Assembly: GCA_010909165.1 (NCBI GenBank)
Contig: MU008188.1
Span: forward strand, 558,001 to 622,000
Length of the DNA: 64,000 nucleotides
DNA from: Anthoceros angustus
Lineage: Eukaryota; Plantae; Anthocerotophyta
Reading direction: 5' to 3'
Below, one piece after another: positions 24,701 through 36,348 of the stretch; position 1 is the first letter of the stretch, and each line of letters starts with the position of its first letter. The position numbers and the translations under genes were made by a program. Under the pieces are notes generated by a model, which worked only from the letters and a program-made list of their open reading frames with translations, had not been told where the DNA came from and did not search any database.

Positions 24701-25290
24701 ACGACACAATTCTTCAGGACAATATAAAGCAGAGACTTGGACACACAACAATTCGTCTGCACCAGAACTCCCAAAGCCTCCACAGCCTCCGTGACACGGC
24801 CCTGGTCACACAGCATGCTCACGGTTTCAACCGTTACGCGACTTCCATATCTTGCATGCCTGCCATGGTCAGAACCATCCAGTAATGGGCCATTCTTGTC
24901 CACATCCAGCGCAGCATATCCAGCCACACATCCCCTTGGACTGGCTGGGTCTCTCACAAAGGTTGTGGACCTGGCAGCTCCATTGTTTGCCAACAGGTGG
25001 ATTCTTGATTTCAGGGGAGCTGGAGAACCTCCAGCTCCCCTGACTTCGCTTTGTCGAACAACCGGCAACCCACCAGTTTGTTCGGTCCATGAAAACTGTC
25101 CACGCAAAGGGCTCTGTAGGACTTTGGTGGCTGACTCAATTGCCATACCCCAGACACCCATGAGAAGGAGCTGAGTCGATCCACAGCTCCATGTTGTGTC
25201 TTGCGGGACAAGGGAATGTCCCGTTCTCCATTCCAAGCAGACACATGTGGATACGTCAGGAGCGCTCCTTTGATGGAGACGACCATGCAC
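21748..25290 (-). CDS. PLS-class pentatricopeptide repeat protein, ~26 P/L/S motifs + E1 + E2 + truncated DYW (WW-type PG box); putative organellar RNA-editing factor
   Basis: Intronless 1180-aa ORF with regular triplets (VVTWNAMIAGY / VTFVCLLQAC / NSLVNMYAKCG), P2L2S2 (GITFLSLLRACSHAG, VEHYTCMVDLLGRSG), E motifs and WKQPGQSWW...VHSFLVGDEMHP, then a stop. The true start may be a downstream ATG (~25161). Confidence 0.96.
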   Translation of the reverse strand: MHGRLHQRSAPDVSTCVCLEWRTGHSLVPQDTTWSCGSTQLLLMGVWGMAIESATKVLQSPLRGQFSWTEQTGGLPVVRQSEVRGAGGSPAPLKSRIHLLANNGAARSTTFVRDPASPRGCVAGYAALDVDKNGPLLDGSDHGRHARYGSRVTVETVSMLCDQGRVTEAVEALGVLVQTNCCVSKSLLYIVLKNCVVKGDLVLGRRVHAFTVVQGYQSDTFLCNHILRMYAAHGRLQDTMDVFAVVGDPDAFTWSAIISAHVKHGRDREALQLYHQMRRSSVKPDGHVFVAALQACARGADLETGQQVHADVLASGVEPDPFVSSCLVDMYAKCGSLDDAQSVFDGIGQKDVVTWTAMIAGYSQKGMGQEALRLYSAMLEAGAGVPDSVTFVCLLQACARVGSQALEKGRQLHALIRERGYQADGIIANSLVNMYVKCGNLDDAQRVFHALDQKDVVTWNAMLAGYAQQGMGAEALHLYSVMQQEGVATPDSMTFLCLLQACASVGTPALGTGKQLHAQIRQQGHEANVFLDNSLVNMYVKCGSLDDARRLFEGLSQKDVVTWTALVAGYSQQGMGQEALRLYRSMKEEAIVIPNSLTFVWLLQACASGGTPALEMGKQLHAQIREQGLQADVYLASSLVNMYAKCGSLDHAQKLFDRMGEKDVVTWTALIAGYSKQGMGQEALRLYTEMLEEGVAIPNSVTFLCLLQACASVGISALETGKQLHVQIRAGGHDADVVVANSLVNMYANCGSIVEARRLFDGLAQKDVVTWNAMIAGYSKQGMGLEALHMYDNMQEEAIDVPNSVTFVCLLQACASLGTQALEKGKQVHVHIRERGHEADMFVANSLVNMYAKCGSLDFARRVFDGLGEKDVVTWNAIMAGYSQQGMGQEALCLYSAMQKKGKAVPDTVTFVCLLQACANVAALHLGRQLHAQIEEQGLHADVFVAGSLINMYGKCGSMVDAQQVFDALPERDNVTWSALLAGYTCQGDSQMVLDLVQRMREGGVQPVGITFLSLLRACSHAGLVNKGEEQFEAMSQQYGITPTVEHYTCMVDLLGRSGRLDEALALVRTMPVLPNAPVWHTLLGACRKWNNFEVGRHAFDQAVQLDRKDAAAYVSMWHIYAGAQMWEQAQEMQERRTSIGAWKQPGQSWWADTDGQVHSFLVGDEMHPKIKSESTEGRV

Positions 25291-25446
25291 ATGTTAACAT
25301 ATTGCATATATTGATGGTGTGATGACATACAATGGTGATATGAGATGTTCATGGATGAACTGAAGAAGCTCCGTGTCGACATCGATATGGAGCTTACTGC
25401 ATGACTGGTTTCTTTCTTTCTCGCGAGCCTCCAGGACACGTAAAAA

Positions 25447-27140
25447 GGCGTGACGGGTGACACTGTGAGCAAGCTGTTATCATGAGGGCCAGCTCCATGA
25501 GGCCTTCGAGGCTTTGAGAGTTCGGTGCAGATAGATTGTTGTATTCCCAAATCTCTTTGGTACACTGTCAGATAGATTGTTGTATTCGCAAATCTCTTTG
25601 GTACCCTGTCCTGAAGAATCGTGTAACGTAGAATCTTGTTTTGGGGTGCCGCGTCCGTGTTTTGATGGTGACAAAGGGGATCAGTCGGACACGTTCTCTG
25701 GGCACTCATATCCTGCGGATGTATGCTTTCTCGCTTGGCGGGTTGCAAGACGATATGGATGAGTTGCACTGGTTGCAAATCCAGATGCTTTCGTATGATG
25801 TGCGTAGTTGCGGCGCATGTAAAACATGGACAAGACAAGCTCGCTGCAGAAGCCTATCATGGAATGCGCAGGTCAAATGTGAAGGCAGATGGCCGTGAGT
25901 TTGCGGCAGGTCTTCAGGCTTGTGCAAGGGCTTAGAAACTGGGCAGCAGGTGCATGCTGATGTGTTGGCCAACGGCTGTGAGTCCGATATGTAGGTTTGT
26001 AGTTCCTTGGTGGACATAATCATGCAAAGTGTGTCAGCTTGTGACAGCATGCTGAGGACCTGTTTATGTGATCACGTCGAATACCATAGTAGCAGGAGAT
26101 TGTGAGCAGCAAGGAACGGGGAGCCCTTCGGCTCTACACAGCTGTGCAAGATGAAGGCATGGTTGCATCGGATTCCGTGACATTTGTGTGCCTTCCGCAT
26201 GGATGTTTAAGTGCGGCAGCACAGTCTTTGAAGAAGGGGAAAGGAGCTTCATGCACAAAGTAGAGAAGACGATATCAAGCTAATCTGTTTGTTGCAAACA
26301 GTGTGGCGAACATGTATGCAAAGTGCGGAAGCTCAGAGCCTCGGAGACTTTTTGACGTACTAGGCAAAAGGATGTTGTGACAGGGAATGCCATGGTAGCA
26401 GCATATTCCCGGCAGGGCCCTTCGTCTCTACACTGTTATGCAACAAGTCAACATCACTCTACCCCAAGTCTGTTAAAGTTGTCGAGCATCCGCAAGTATG
26501 GGCACCCCACTCCAGCCTTGGAGCAAAGACAGTAGCTTCGTACACGAATCGGAGAAAGAGGACATGTTTGCCAGTTTTTGGCCAACAGTCTGGTAGACAT
26601 GTATGCAGAGTGTGACGGCTTGGAAGCAGCTCAGAGTGTGCTTGGACTCACTGGGTCAAAACGATGTGGTGACGTGGGAATAGCATGATGGCAGGATATT
26701 CCCACCCCACCAGTCCATAGGTTAGGAACCCCTTCAGCCCCACTGTTGTATGAAAGCACGGTGGAACCCAATTCCTGCAGGTCCGTTCGCCTCCTGCAGG
26801 CATGCTTTGGAGAAGTATGTGGCTCCCAGCTTTGGAGAAGAAGCTGAATGTTCAAACCAGACCCGAGGACATCAAGCTCATGTGTCTGTGACTGTAACAG
26901 TCCGGTGACCACATACACATGTCTGGAAAGCTTAGCAGCCTCTCAAAGATGCTCCGTGGTGAAAAACATGCGGTGACGTGGACAGTGCCAATTCTCAGCA
27001 GCGAAGCTCGTTCTCTTTCGCTCTTTCTTTTTCACTCTTCACGCACAAATCAGAGAACGAGAACGAGAACGAGAACACCTACAGTCTGGTTAAACTTTTG
27101 TGGGAAAGTCTAGAAGATGCCCCGAGTGTGTTTGACGGAC
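25447..27140 (+). pseudogene. Degenerate PPR pseudogene, inverted head-to-head paralogue of the adjacent PPR gene
   Basis: GTGACACTGTGAGCAAGCTG...GAGGCTTTGAGAGTT...ATCCTGCGGATGTATGCT...GAAACTGGGCAGCAGGTGCATGCTGATGTGTTGGCC and AACATGTATGCAAAGTGCGGAAG align colinearly with the 5' part of the functional gene, with many frameshifts and stops. Confidence 0.88.
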
Positions 27141-27296
27141 GGAACAATCCCACTGACGAGCTGTGTCAGAAGATCTGCTATGGGGCCAGCTCAAGAGCGC
27201 GCAAAGTGTCGGCCGGAAATGGCATCGAAGCCGGGAGCGAAAAACTCGTCGTGAAGTTGTGGAGGCTGGAGCAAGTTACATAGGTACCTAGTCTCC

Positions 27297-27490
27297 TCCA
27301 TGCACTGGCAGAATATGCAGACTCCTTTCACCTTCACATGTAAGACATATCAGACTCACCTAATCCATGCATCACCGCCAGCATATGCAAACTCCTTTCC
27401 CCTTCACACGGAAGACATATCAGACTCACATAATATTATCCATGCATCACTGGCAGAATATGCAAACTCTTTTCCCCCTCACCTCCACAC
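27297..27490. repeat. ~70-bp tandem repeat, ~3 copies
   Basis: TCCATGCA..GCAGAATATGCAAACTCCTTTC..CACA..AAGACATATCAGACTCAC at ~27297, 27365 and 27438. Confidence 0.8.
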
Positions 27491-28533
27491 AGACGGAGCT
27501 CAGCAGCATCCTGTATCCTCCACGAAGTGACGGCAAGGGTTTAGTACTAGACCAGGTACTGCTCCCAGTTCTGTTTGAGTTGGTGGCGTGCTGTGTGCGA
27601 GTGGCCATTAAATCAATTGAGGGGAGGCTGGAATCCCCTGATTTGGTAAAGCCCCGTAAAGCGAAACAATGGCAAGTGCAAACGTGAGACATGCGCCCTA
27701 CCTGTCGTGCCTGACCGTGGTGGAACAAGAAAGAAGGAAAGAAGGGCGAGCGTGGCCAGGTAGGCATCTCTCCAGTCCCATGGGACCGGTCGCTGCCCGG
27801 CCGGGGGACCGGAGATTCACGTGGCAGAAGCGGCAGGCTCGGCTCTGGCTCCCACGTTGTCCCAAGAAAGCATGCTACCAGGCAGGCTACCTTAGTTAGT
27901 CTGGGCCAGAGCCAGGGCCAGGGCCAGGGCCAAGCCCAAGCGCCCAAGCGCCCAAGCCAGACCTTCCTCCTTCTCCGGCCTCGGCCCCCAACTCTCCCCC
28001 CTTCCTGCTTCCAAATGCGGCTCCCATCGGCGGGGCACCCAGTTGCAGCACACCACCGCTCTCCCCGGCTCGGCTGCATCAGGAGCAGCGGCGGCAGCAG
28101 CCTCGGGCCGTACGGCTCCCAGGAACCGCTGGGCGTCTCCTTGGATCTGCCGCTCTCAGGCTCGGCTCTTGCGAGTGTGGCCAGCATGTGAGCGCAATTG
28201 GGCGCAAGAAGTGGGACGCCGGGCTTGCAGGTTTCGTTTCCCGGTTCTTGGCGGGATGAAGTTGGGCGGTGGACCCACGTCTTCGGTGTAGAGCAGTGCT
28301 AGTGGAAGTGACTTCATTGTGTGTCGTCAGGACCGAAATGCGACTTCTCTGCGTCCTGAGCAGGTGCCGGCTCTGCTGTGAGTGAGTGAGATGGGGGAGT
28401 GGAGTGCGGTGGTTTGGGGATAGGGCACTGGGGGGAAATCGGGGGTGAAGGTGGGTGGTACTAATGCTTGCCGTTCCTGCTGCACAGATTGTATTGCCGG
28501 AAGCTCTGCTAGCTGCTTAGAGTCGGTGCGAGG

Positions 28534-30221
28534 ATGGGAAGTCAACTGAAGGACGAAGGGCGGCCTGTCAATTGGTCGCATCCTATGAACCATCTGCCCC
28601 CGAAAAGCCCCTCGCTGTACAACCTCGGATCACCGATATTTGATCCGCCTGGCGGCATTTTCCTGGGACGGGCCAGCTATCCTTACCGCACCGTAGGGCA
28701 GAAGCAGCATCAGCATCAGCGGACGCCGTCCACCGGATTCCTGCCGCAGATACAACCGTCGTGGTTGGAGGAGACGAGTGATATACCTGAGGTGATTATC
28801 AAGCGCGGTGGGCATCGGCGTTCTGCCAGTGATTCGGCGGCCTTCTTGGGGATCCCTGGGAACTACGCGAAACTGGATTTTCACATAGCTGAGGAGGATG
28901 AGTTTGATTCCAAAGCGGTTGGCTCGATGGGAGCTGGGGGTTCTTGTGACTTTGATAAGCTAGACGAGGAGCAGCTCATGTCCATGTTCTCGGACATTGA
29001 GCCGTTTCAAAAGCCTCCCAGCCAGCCTGCCGAGAGTCAGCAACGCCTGCTGTCTGCTAACAATGCGGTGTCAAGTTCGGCTGCTGATAGTTGGACGTCA
29101 GAGCGCAGGACGCCTGCCTCAACGTCCGAGAACCCTTCTACACCTTCGGACAGTAACAGCTACAGTGAAGTGTCTAATGAGGACGCCAGAACAGGAGGAT
29201 TAGGAAGAGTTATCAGCGAGCAGGAGGTGCAAAGTATAGACGAGGGGGATGAAGGATCTGAGCAGCCTATGGGAGATTCAATGTCTGGATCGTTTCCTGT
29301 TGATTCCTCCTTGGATCCAAAACGGGCTAAGCGGTAACTATCAACTTTCCGTAAGCTGGCTATGCACGTCTCGTCCGCAGAGTAAGCTGTGTAGTATCTG
29401 ATGAGGGAATAGAATTGTCATGTTGTTTCAGCATTTTGGCTAATAGGCAATCTGCTCAACGTTCTCGCGTGCGAAAGCTACAGTACATTTCTGAGCTTGA
29501 AAGGAGTGTGAGTGCTTTGCAGGTATCGTTGCAGACCAAACTCCTACTTTTTGCTGGATGGTGGGTTGGTCATATGGAGCCACTGAAGCAGAACTGAAAC
29601 TTCCATTGCTGTTGCCTTGTCGCAGACTGAAGTAGCAACTCTCTCACCTCAAGTGGCCTATCTGGATCACCAGAGAGTTGTTTTGAACATGGACAACAAT
29701 GCCTTGAAGCAACAAATAGCAGCCCTTGCCCAGGACAAACGATTCAAAGATGGTGAGTTGGGTGCTTTAATACAGTTGGATGCGAAATTTGATGCTTCGT
29801 CGCCACTGCTCATTGTCAGCCTTGCCTTGGGTTCTTCATTATTTTGTCACATTCTCTCTTTGCAGCTCACTATGAGTCGTTGCGGAAGGAAGCTCAAAGA
29901 CTGAAAGCGTTGCAACAGCAGCAACAACATCAGCTCCAAGTTTCCGCTCCTCCTTATGAATTGCAGCAGCAACAATTTAGTAAGCTTGACTTGGGTACGT
30001 CAACCCAAGCTGACACCAAGTCAACTGCGTGTGATATGTTTGTCACAAAGAGTTCTGTTGCTCTGTCTAGCATGGTAGCTGTCGCACCTCGAACTGGTGG
30101 GAGAACTCCAACTGGAAAAGGTCCAAGCTGCGTAGTGCCCACGGGTGCGAAGCACCCAGATGGGAGGATGATTACAGGGAGCACGCGTCTCCCTTCAGAT
30201 TTTATGGTGCAAAACCCGTAA
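28534..30221 (+). CDS. bZIP transcription factor, group E (bZIP34/bZIP61-like); exons 28534-29333, 29432-29522, 29626-29752, 29866-30221
   Basis: Motifs HRRSASDSAAF, FDKLDEEQLMSMFSD and DPKRAKR|ILANRQSAQRSRVRKLQYISELERSV. GT-AG introns join in frame. Confidence 0.93.
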
Positions 30222-31203
30222 TAATTCTGCGAGCTGATAAGGTCCAGCTTTGAGTTTGTTTCATTTGTAGGAGAACGTGTTGTCCCTGTAAAGTTTTCTC
30301 TGCTTTGATAAGGGAGTGACCATGCTGCGAACTAATCCTCCTTCCCAACCTGAATCATCCGGAAGTTTTCGACATGTGCCTCGAGCGTTTCCTAAATCTT
30401 GCAACTTTCACGGATACATATGTGACCCAAGAGGGGTCAGATAACTCCCGTCAGCTTTTGAAAGACTTTGTGGCACATTCCGAAGGCAGACGTCTATTGC
30501 ATGACTTGCAATCATGGGCAACGCAGCCCTACAAAGTGGGATCATTTTTTAGTAAGTAAGTATTTACAGGCAGAAATTCTTATCAGATAAGATTACAAAC
30601 AAACAGGAGCCTGTAGATAGCTGACAGTACCTACCCACCTCGAACACCATTCATGGTGAGATGCATCGAACAAGTTGCACTGGGCTGGCGCGGACGGGCA
30701 GGATGTAATTGAGGGGGAGCTGACGGGCCGCCGTAAGTGGGCCTGTTGCGGAAGAGCCGGATGTTGGACTGGTGGCTGTGCCGGTGTGGCAAGGATGGCT
30801 GAAAATGGGTTGGTACATTTAGTACTTTTAATATATTTGATAATATTTTATTAAATCCGAATTTTATGTGTTTTTAAGTGTGTTTCAAGTTGGCTTTGAG
30901 ATTTTCAGTGTACAAGCTGTTATAAGTATCATTGTATTTATAAATATTACTTTAATTACAATCAGCACTACATTTAAAGTATGACATCTATAATACATAT
31001 AATAGGGTGTGTCATTGTTGAATTTTTTTTATAAATTATGTCGTATTTGTGTTTGGAGGGTTTTCTGACGTTAAATGCAATGTGCCGTATCAAACCAAGC
31101 CACCTGGGCTTATTCAATTCGTAAAGATGAGTATGAACAATCTTGCGGTGGCCGGGTGACGGTGACGTGTGAAGCACATCTGACACACGGCGCATGCGAT
31201 ATA

Positions 31204-32445
31204 CAGTCAAACCCCTCTAATTGGGACCCCTATAAATGGGAACCCCCTTTAAATGGGACGCCCGGGCTTACTCCCTTGAATGTGCTACATGCTAAATGGG
31301 AAACCCTCTAATTTGTAAATGGGAACATGTCTCCCAAACATTCAATGCAAGTACACCTCTGTAAAAGGGAAAATACATATTTAAAAAATAAAAAATTGAG
31401 GAAATCGTCTTATCGAGATTAAACCATGAGTTATTGAGATTATGTCAAGTTAAAGGCTATCGAGATTATATCATAAAACATAGACAATCATCGAGATTGG
31501 GCCTATATCCGTAGTAGTTCAGACACTATGCTTTGTGATCAAGCATTGTTCCTAGTACATAAGTTGTTTCATTTGTAAAAGTTGTCTTATGGTGTTGTAA
31601 GTTGTGTTATGGTGTTAAAGGCCAAAGAATAGCCAAAGAATGTAAGGTGCAGAGAGAAGGCCAAAGAATAACCGAAGAACGGCCGCTGCGCAAGCATGCT
31701 ACCCTAACAAAGCAACAAAAGAAAGAGGTTTGTGAATATTATGTCCAACACTCTTGCACACTTAAGGAGTTGACTAGATGGACAACAGAGAAGTTTTCAA
31801 TAGCAGCTTCTAAAAGTGCATTGTCTAGGATTGTGAATGACAAAGACAAATGGTTGGACCCTGCCATTGCTGATGTTGGATATCCAACGATGACAGCTGA
31901 AGAGTATCTGAACTTTGAGGAGGATGAAGGATTGGAGACTACGTATATTCCTACAGAGGACGAAATATGGCAAGCATTAATCCCTCCGCCTGTCAATGAG
32001 CAGGGTGAGGAGAATGATACAGCGTCAGTGGAGACCATAGCGCCAAGACCGACACAAAGGATGTAGATAATGCTATGAGGATAGTGAAGATGTTTTGGAA
32101 GAGATGCCACATAACACTCTTGATGCTTTGAAGTTGCATTCTCGTTGGAAAAACATATTGCTAGTCATTGGATGAAAGTAACTCAAAGATCAATCAAGGA
32201 TTGATGATTATTTTAACCCGCAAACTAGAATTAGGTTGGCTATGTAGTATGAGGGAGCATTTTGGATTTTTTTGGATTTTTTGGAAGCTTTTAAGCTCTT
32301 TCGAATTTTTGATTTAAAGGATTTTTTAATTTTTTTAAATATTTTTATTTTTTTAAAAAAAAGATGAAAATGCCTAATCGGGAACCCCTCTAAATGGGAC
32401 GATTTTTGCTACTCCCAATTGTTCCCAATTAGAGGGGTCTGACTG
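31204..32445 (+). mobile_element. Non-autonomous pogo/Tigger-type (Tc1/mariner superfamily) DNA transposon, internally deleted
   Basis: TIRs CAGTCAAACCCCTCTAATTGGGA (31204) and TCCCAATTAGAGGGGTCTGACTG (ends 32445), with TA on both sides. Subterminal CCC..TAAATGGGA repeats are present. ORF 31602-32066 has a CENP-B-like N-terminal HTH joined directly to the acidic C-terminus, with no DDE domain. Confidence 0.92.
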
Positions 32446-33481
32446 TAGGAGCACGGCCTGGACGAGCAAGGCGGTAGTGCATAGCAAGGTGAGCGTGTAG
32501 AAGGCCGGCAATTCTTTTGGCAAGAAGTTCTTTGGGGCCAGCAATCCTCTTGCCGAGAAGTTCTTTCGGTGGCTGGTGTAATTGATCGATGTGTGAACAG
32601 TTGTTGGAGGTGTGTGCAAGATCAATTGCATACATCCAACCACCTCACACACCAGCCACCCACTGTCGCCTTGGCAAGTATGACTTATTATAATCATCCT
32701 CAACTATTTTGCTATATTCAGCTTCTAATTGGCAATGATGGTCAAGTTTTTGGTCTTACTTTTCTCACAAATGACTGTTATTTTATAGCGCTCTAGCATG
32801 GAGAGCACTGCAGTTTCTATTTGTTCATCACAGGGCAAAAACAAATTCAAGAAAAAGGGGCTATTTGCTTCTAAAGATGTTGCCACTTACAACAGAAAAA
32901 GCACATCTAATCATGGCAGACTTTGATACCATTTTTACTTTGGTGGAAAATCCTACAAACAAAACTATGATATGGGGAGAGGAAGGCAAGACATCTATTG
33001 AGCATAGCCATCCGACGTGCATAGCAAGCTACAAATCATCTCATGTGGTCGTTGAGGAAGAGCTTATCCACTCTTATGAGGCTGAATATAAGGACTTGAA
33101 TGTCCATGCGGAAAAATGTTACTAACTTGGAAGTTTTCACTTAAAGTGTTGGCAGGCCTGTTGGACATGTTGTGCATGCAGAGACCAAACAAAAAATGTC
33201 TACCTCATCATCTTCAACCTTCACTCCGAAAACTAAGACAATCACTGCTACAAAAGATAGTAGACGGACACCTTCAAAGCTTAATGTAGAACGTAGTACA
33301 CAGGATGCTACGAACACAAACTCCTTTGGAAATGTCTTCCACCTAACTGCCAAGGCTAAAGCTAAGAGTAATGTCATGTAAATTTTTTTTTTCCAGTTTT
33401 CATTTTAACTAAGACTTAAAGTTCAATTAGTTCTTTTTGTTTTTGGTGTTCTTGTAGTTCCACAAGCAACTGACGAACGAT

Positions 33482-33595
33482 GTTGGCCGCCAAGGAGATT
33501 CTGTGCGTGAGGCAGTTCCTGCACGATATCAGTGAAGACCAGGATCAACCCACACAATTGTTCTATGACAATCAATCAGCCATCGCCATGACACT
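33482..33595 (+). mobile_element. Ty1/copia RNase H fragment, 5' part (continues at 38296-38540)
   Basis: LAAKEILCVRQFLHDI....PTQLFYDNQSAIAMT. Confidence 0.85.
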
Positions 33596-33659
33596 TGTTA
33601 CGCCCTGACTCATCGACATGAGGTTCTTGAAGATTGAGGTCGATGAGTCAGGTGTGTGT

Positions 33660-35240
33660 GATCATACAGCCTGTTACATTTTAAGGTCTTCGGATCTCGA
33701 GCCTTCGCACACATCCCAGCTGAAAAAAGGAAGAAGCTTGATCCTCGAGCCCAGGGCCTTATTTTTGTTGGGTACAATGATACTGCCAAGGCATACAAAT
33801 TGGTTAATACAGAAACAGGATCCATGGTGCTTGCCAGGAGTGTGACGTTCATTGAGCCAGCTACCCCAGCATCTGTTGAGCACAACAATTTACCTCCAGA
33901 TAGTGATAACCTAACAATCACAGGATCAAACCTTGAAGCTAGTGACTACCCTTTGGATGACATGGAGCAGGCTGTACCCGTGTTTGATGTTGAATTACCA
34001 GCTCCAGATCCGAATGCAGGTCTTGCTCCAGCCATTGTCAACCCTGGATTAGCAAATCAACCTGACCCATTTTTACATGAAGATGAGGGGGTTATTCTAG
34101 ATGCAGAGGGTGCTCGACTTGGATGCGCAGATCACGATGTTGTCGACCACCGCTTTTGATCACCGGATCTTCTTGATCCAGTTATGAGCGACGAACAAAG
34201 AACTCGATGAGCTGAACCGTAACTGCACTAAGGGCTGTGATCCACACGATATAGGCAACCACCTGCAGAATGGAAAGAGCCTTGCTATCAGTCAATAGAT
34301 TTTAGGACACATCTTGTTCCAGGCCTTGTTGCAAGCACAGTTTTACCAGATGAGCCTACCAGTCTTTCTCAAGCCTTCAATGGCCCTGAACATGTGCAAT
34401 GGAAGGCCACGGTGGAGGATGAATATCATTCGCTTGTCAAGAACAAAACTGGATTCTTGCTGACCTCCCACCAGGCCGCAAGGCCATATCTTGCAAGTGG
34501 GTGTTCAAACTCAAGTTAAATGCAAAAGGGGAAGTTGCTAGATTCAAAGCATGTCTCGTGGCTAGAGGATTTACTCAAGTGGAAGGGCTCGACTACCAAG
34601 AGACATTTTCACCAGTGGTTCGCGGCTAGTCCATCAGACTCATCCTAGCTTATGCAACAGAATTTGATCTTGACCTCCAGGCGGATGGACGTGCGGCTTT
34701 TACATGGCGCTCTTGATGAGGAATTATACATGCTCCAGCCAGAGGCCTATGAGGATCCTGCACATCCAAACAAGGTGTTAAAACTCTTGAAGTGCATATA
34801 TGGGCTGAAACAAAGCGGGAGAGTGTGGTATATTACTATGCATTTGTATTTGCTCAGCATAGACTTTGTTCAAAACACAGCTGATACTAATGTCTACAAG
34901 CTTTCCCAAGGATCCTCTATCGTGCTCCTTGCCCTTTACGTCGATGACGTGATTTTTGCCACCAATGACCACGCACTGCTGTTAGTTGTCAAGCAAAAGC
35001 TACACAGCCGATTTGACATGAAAGATATCGGCGAGCTTAAATTTTGCTTGGGCATTCAGCTGCTGCGAGTTAGGGATGAAGGTCTCTTGTTCATACACCA
35101 GTACAAGTATGTGAATGAGATACTTAAGAAATTTAATCTAGAAATATCCAGGCCAGCCACCACTCCCTATGCAACAGGTACCAAGTTAACACTTTCTCAG
35201 TGCCCACAATCAGCAGAAGAAATTAAGGACATGGCAGCTC
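33660..35240 (+). pseudogene. Copia integrase C-terminal region and reverse transcriptase (RVT_2), frameshifted
   Basis: [68 protein letters not shown] and FDMKDIGELKFCLGI. Confidence 0.92.
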
Positions 35241-36348
35241 CACCTTCTATCTGCAGACTTGTCTTGGACTGTTCATCACCAAGAAGCACCTTGTCATGGA
35301 CATGAGCAAGGTCGAGGGAAGTGAACAACTTCCTGTCTCTGCAGATGTGGGTGGTGACGCCAGAATCCAGGTACCAGCAGCCTTCATCTTGTAAAGAACT
35401 TGACAAGCAGATGGTAAGGATCCTCACAGATGCCTTGGAATCGCCTGATTTGTCCTTGACTGCCACATTTGCAGCAGGTTTTGGTTGCTTCTGCGGCTCA
35501 CCTGCCTTTTTCTTGCATTCTCTTGCCCAGTGGCCAGGGGTCCCACACCAATTGCAGGAGCCTGGTCGCTTGGAGGATTCACCTTTCTGCTATCTTGAGG
35601 GGTTATTGTTCTCCCCCCTGAATTTGTTCGTCTTGTTAGAAGAACGAAAATTCGCAGCTAACACCTTTTCCGCTTTGCTCTTAGGAACACCAGCAGAAAA
35701 AGATCGGCTCTGCTCCTCCTGGAACAATGCGCCAATCACCTCCTTGAGGGTGATGGCCACAGGTTGACCAGCAGCAATAGCAGCAGCTGTACGTAGGGGA
35801 GCATTCTGGCTAGTAACAAATGACTGGTATGAAGGAGGAAGGCGAGTAAGGAACTCAGCTACAACATCCACTTCATCCATCGGCTTGTGAGTCAACGCAG
35901 CTATCTGTGCCCTAAGGTGGTGAAATTTACTTGAGAAAGGAGCCACCTTGTCCCCCTCTTTCATTCTTAAGCTGTAAAATTCATGTTTAGCTGTGCAGAG
36001 GGTCAGAACATTGGTAATCTTGTACGTGTTCTCCAATTGGGATCAGATCTCATGTGCAGTAGTGAAGAACTCCACTTCAGGGACGAGGTCGGCATCAAGG
36101 CCTCCGATGAGAAGGGCCATTCCAATGCCGTTGTGCAGATCCCATTTAGAGATATCCGCAGCTGAAGGTGCAGGGACAGCATTTGGGTCTGGCTTTTTAG
36201 AGGTACCATCGACCACAGCCCAAACACCACGTGCTACTAGCATGCTTTTCATGCGGACTCTCCAGACTAGGTAGCCCTGCCCCTTAAACCTGTCTTTTTC
36301 CTTGAGTTCTGATGTGAAAGAAGGGGTAATCACTACTGCTGCTGCCAT
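35240..36348 (-). pseudogene. Copia gag (UBN2-type, CCHC knuckle) and aspartic protease, with internal stops
   Basis: YLVWRVRMKSML..VWAVVDG, FYSLRMKEGD, FLTRLPPSY, CNWCGTPGHWAREC and WYLDSGVTTHIC. Stops at ~36043 and ~35590. Confidence 0.92.
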
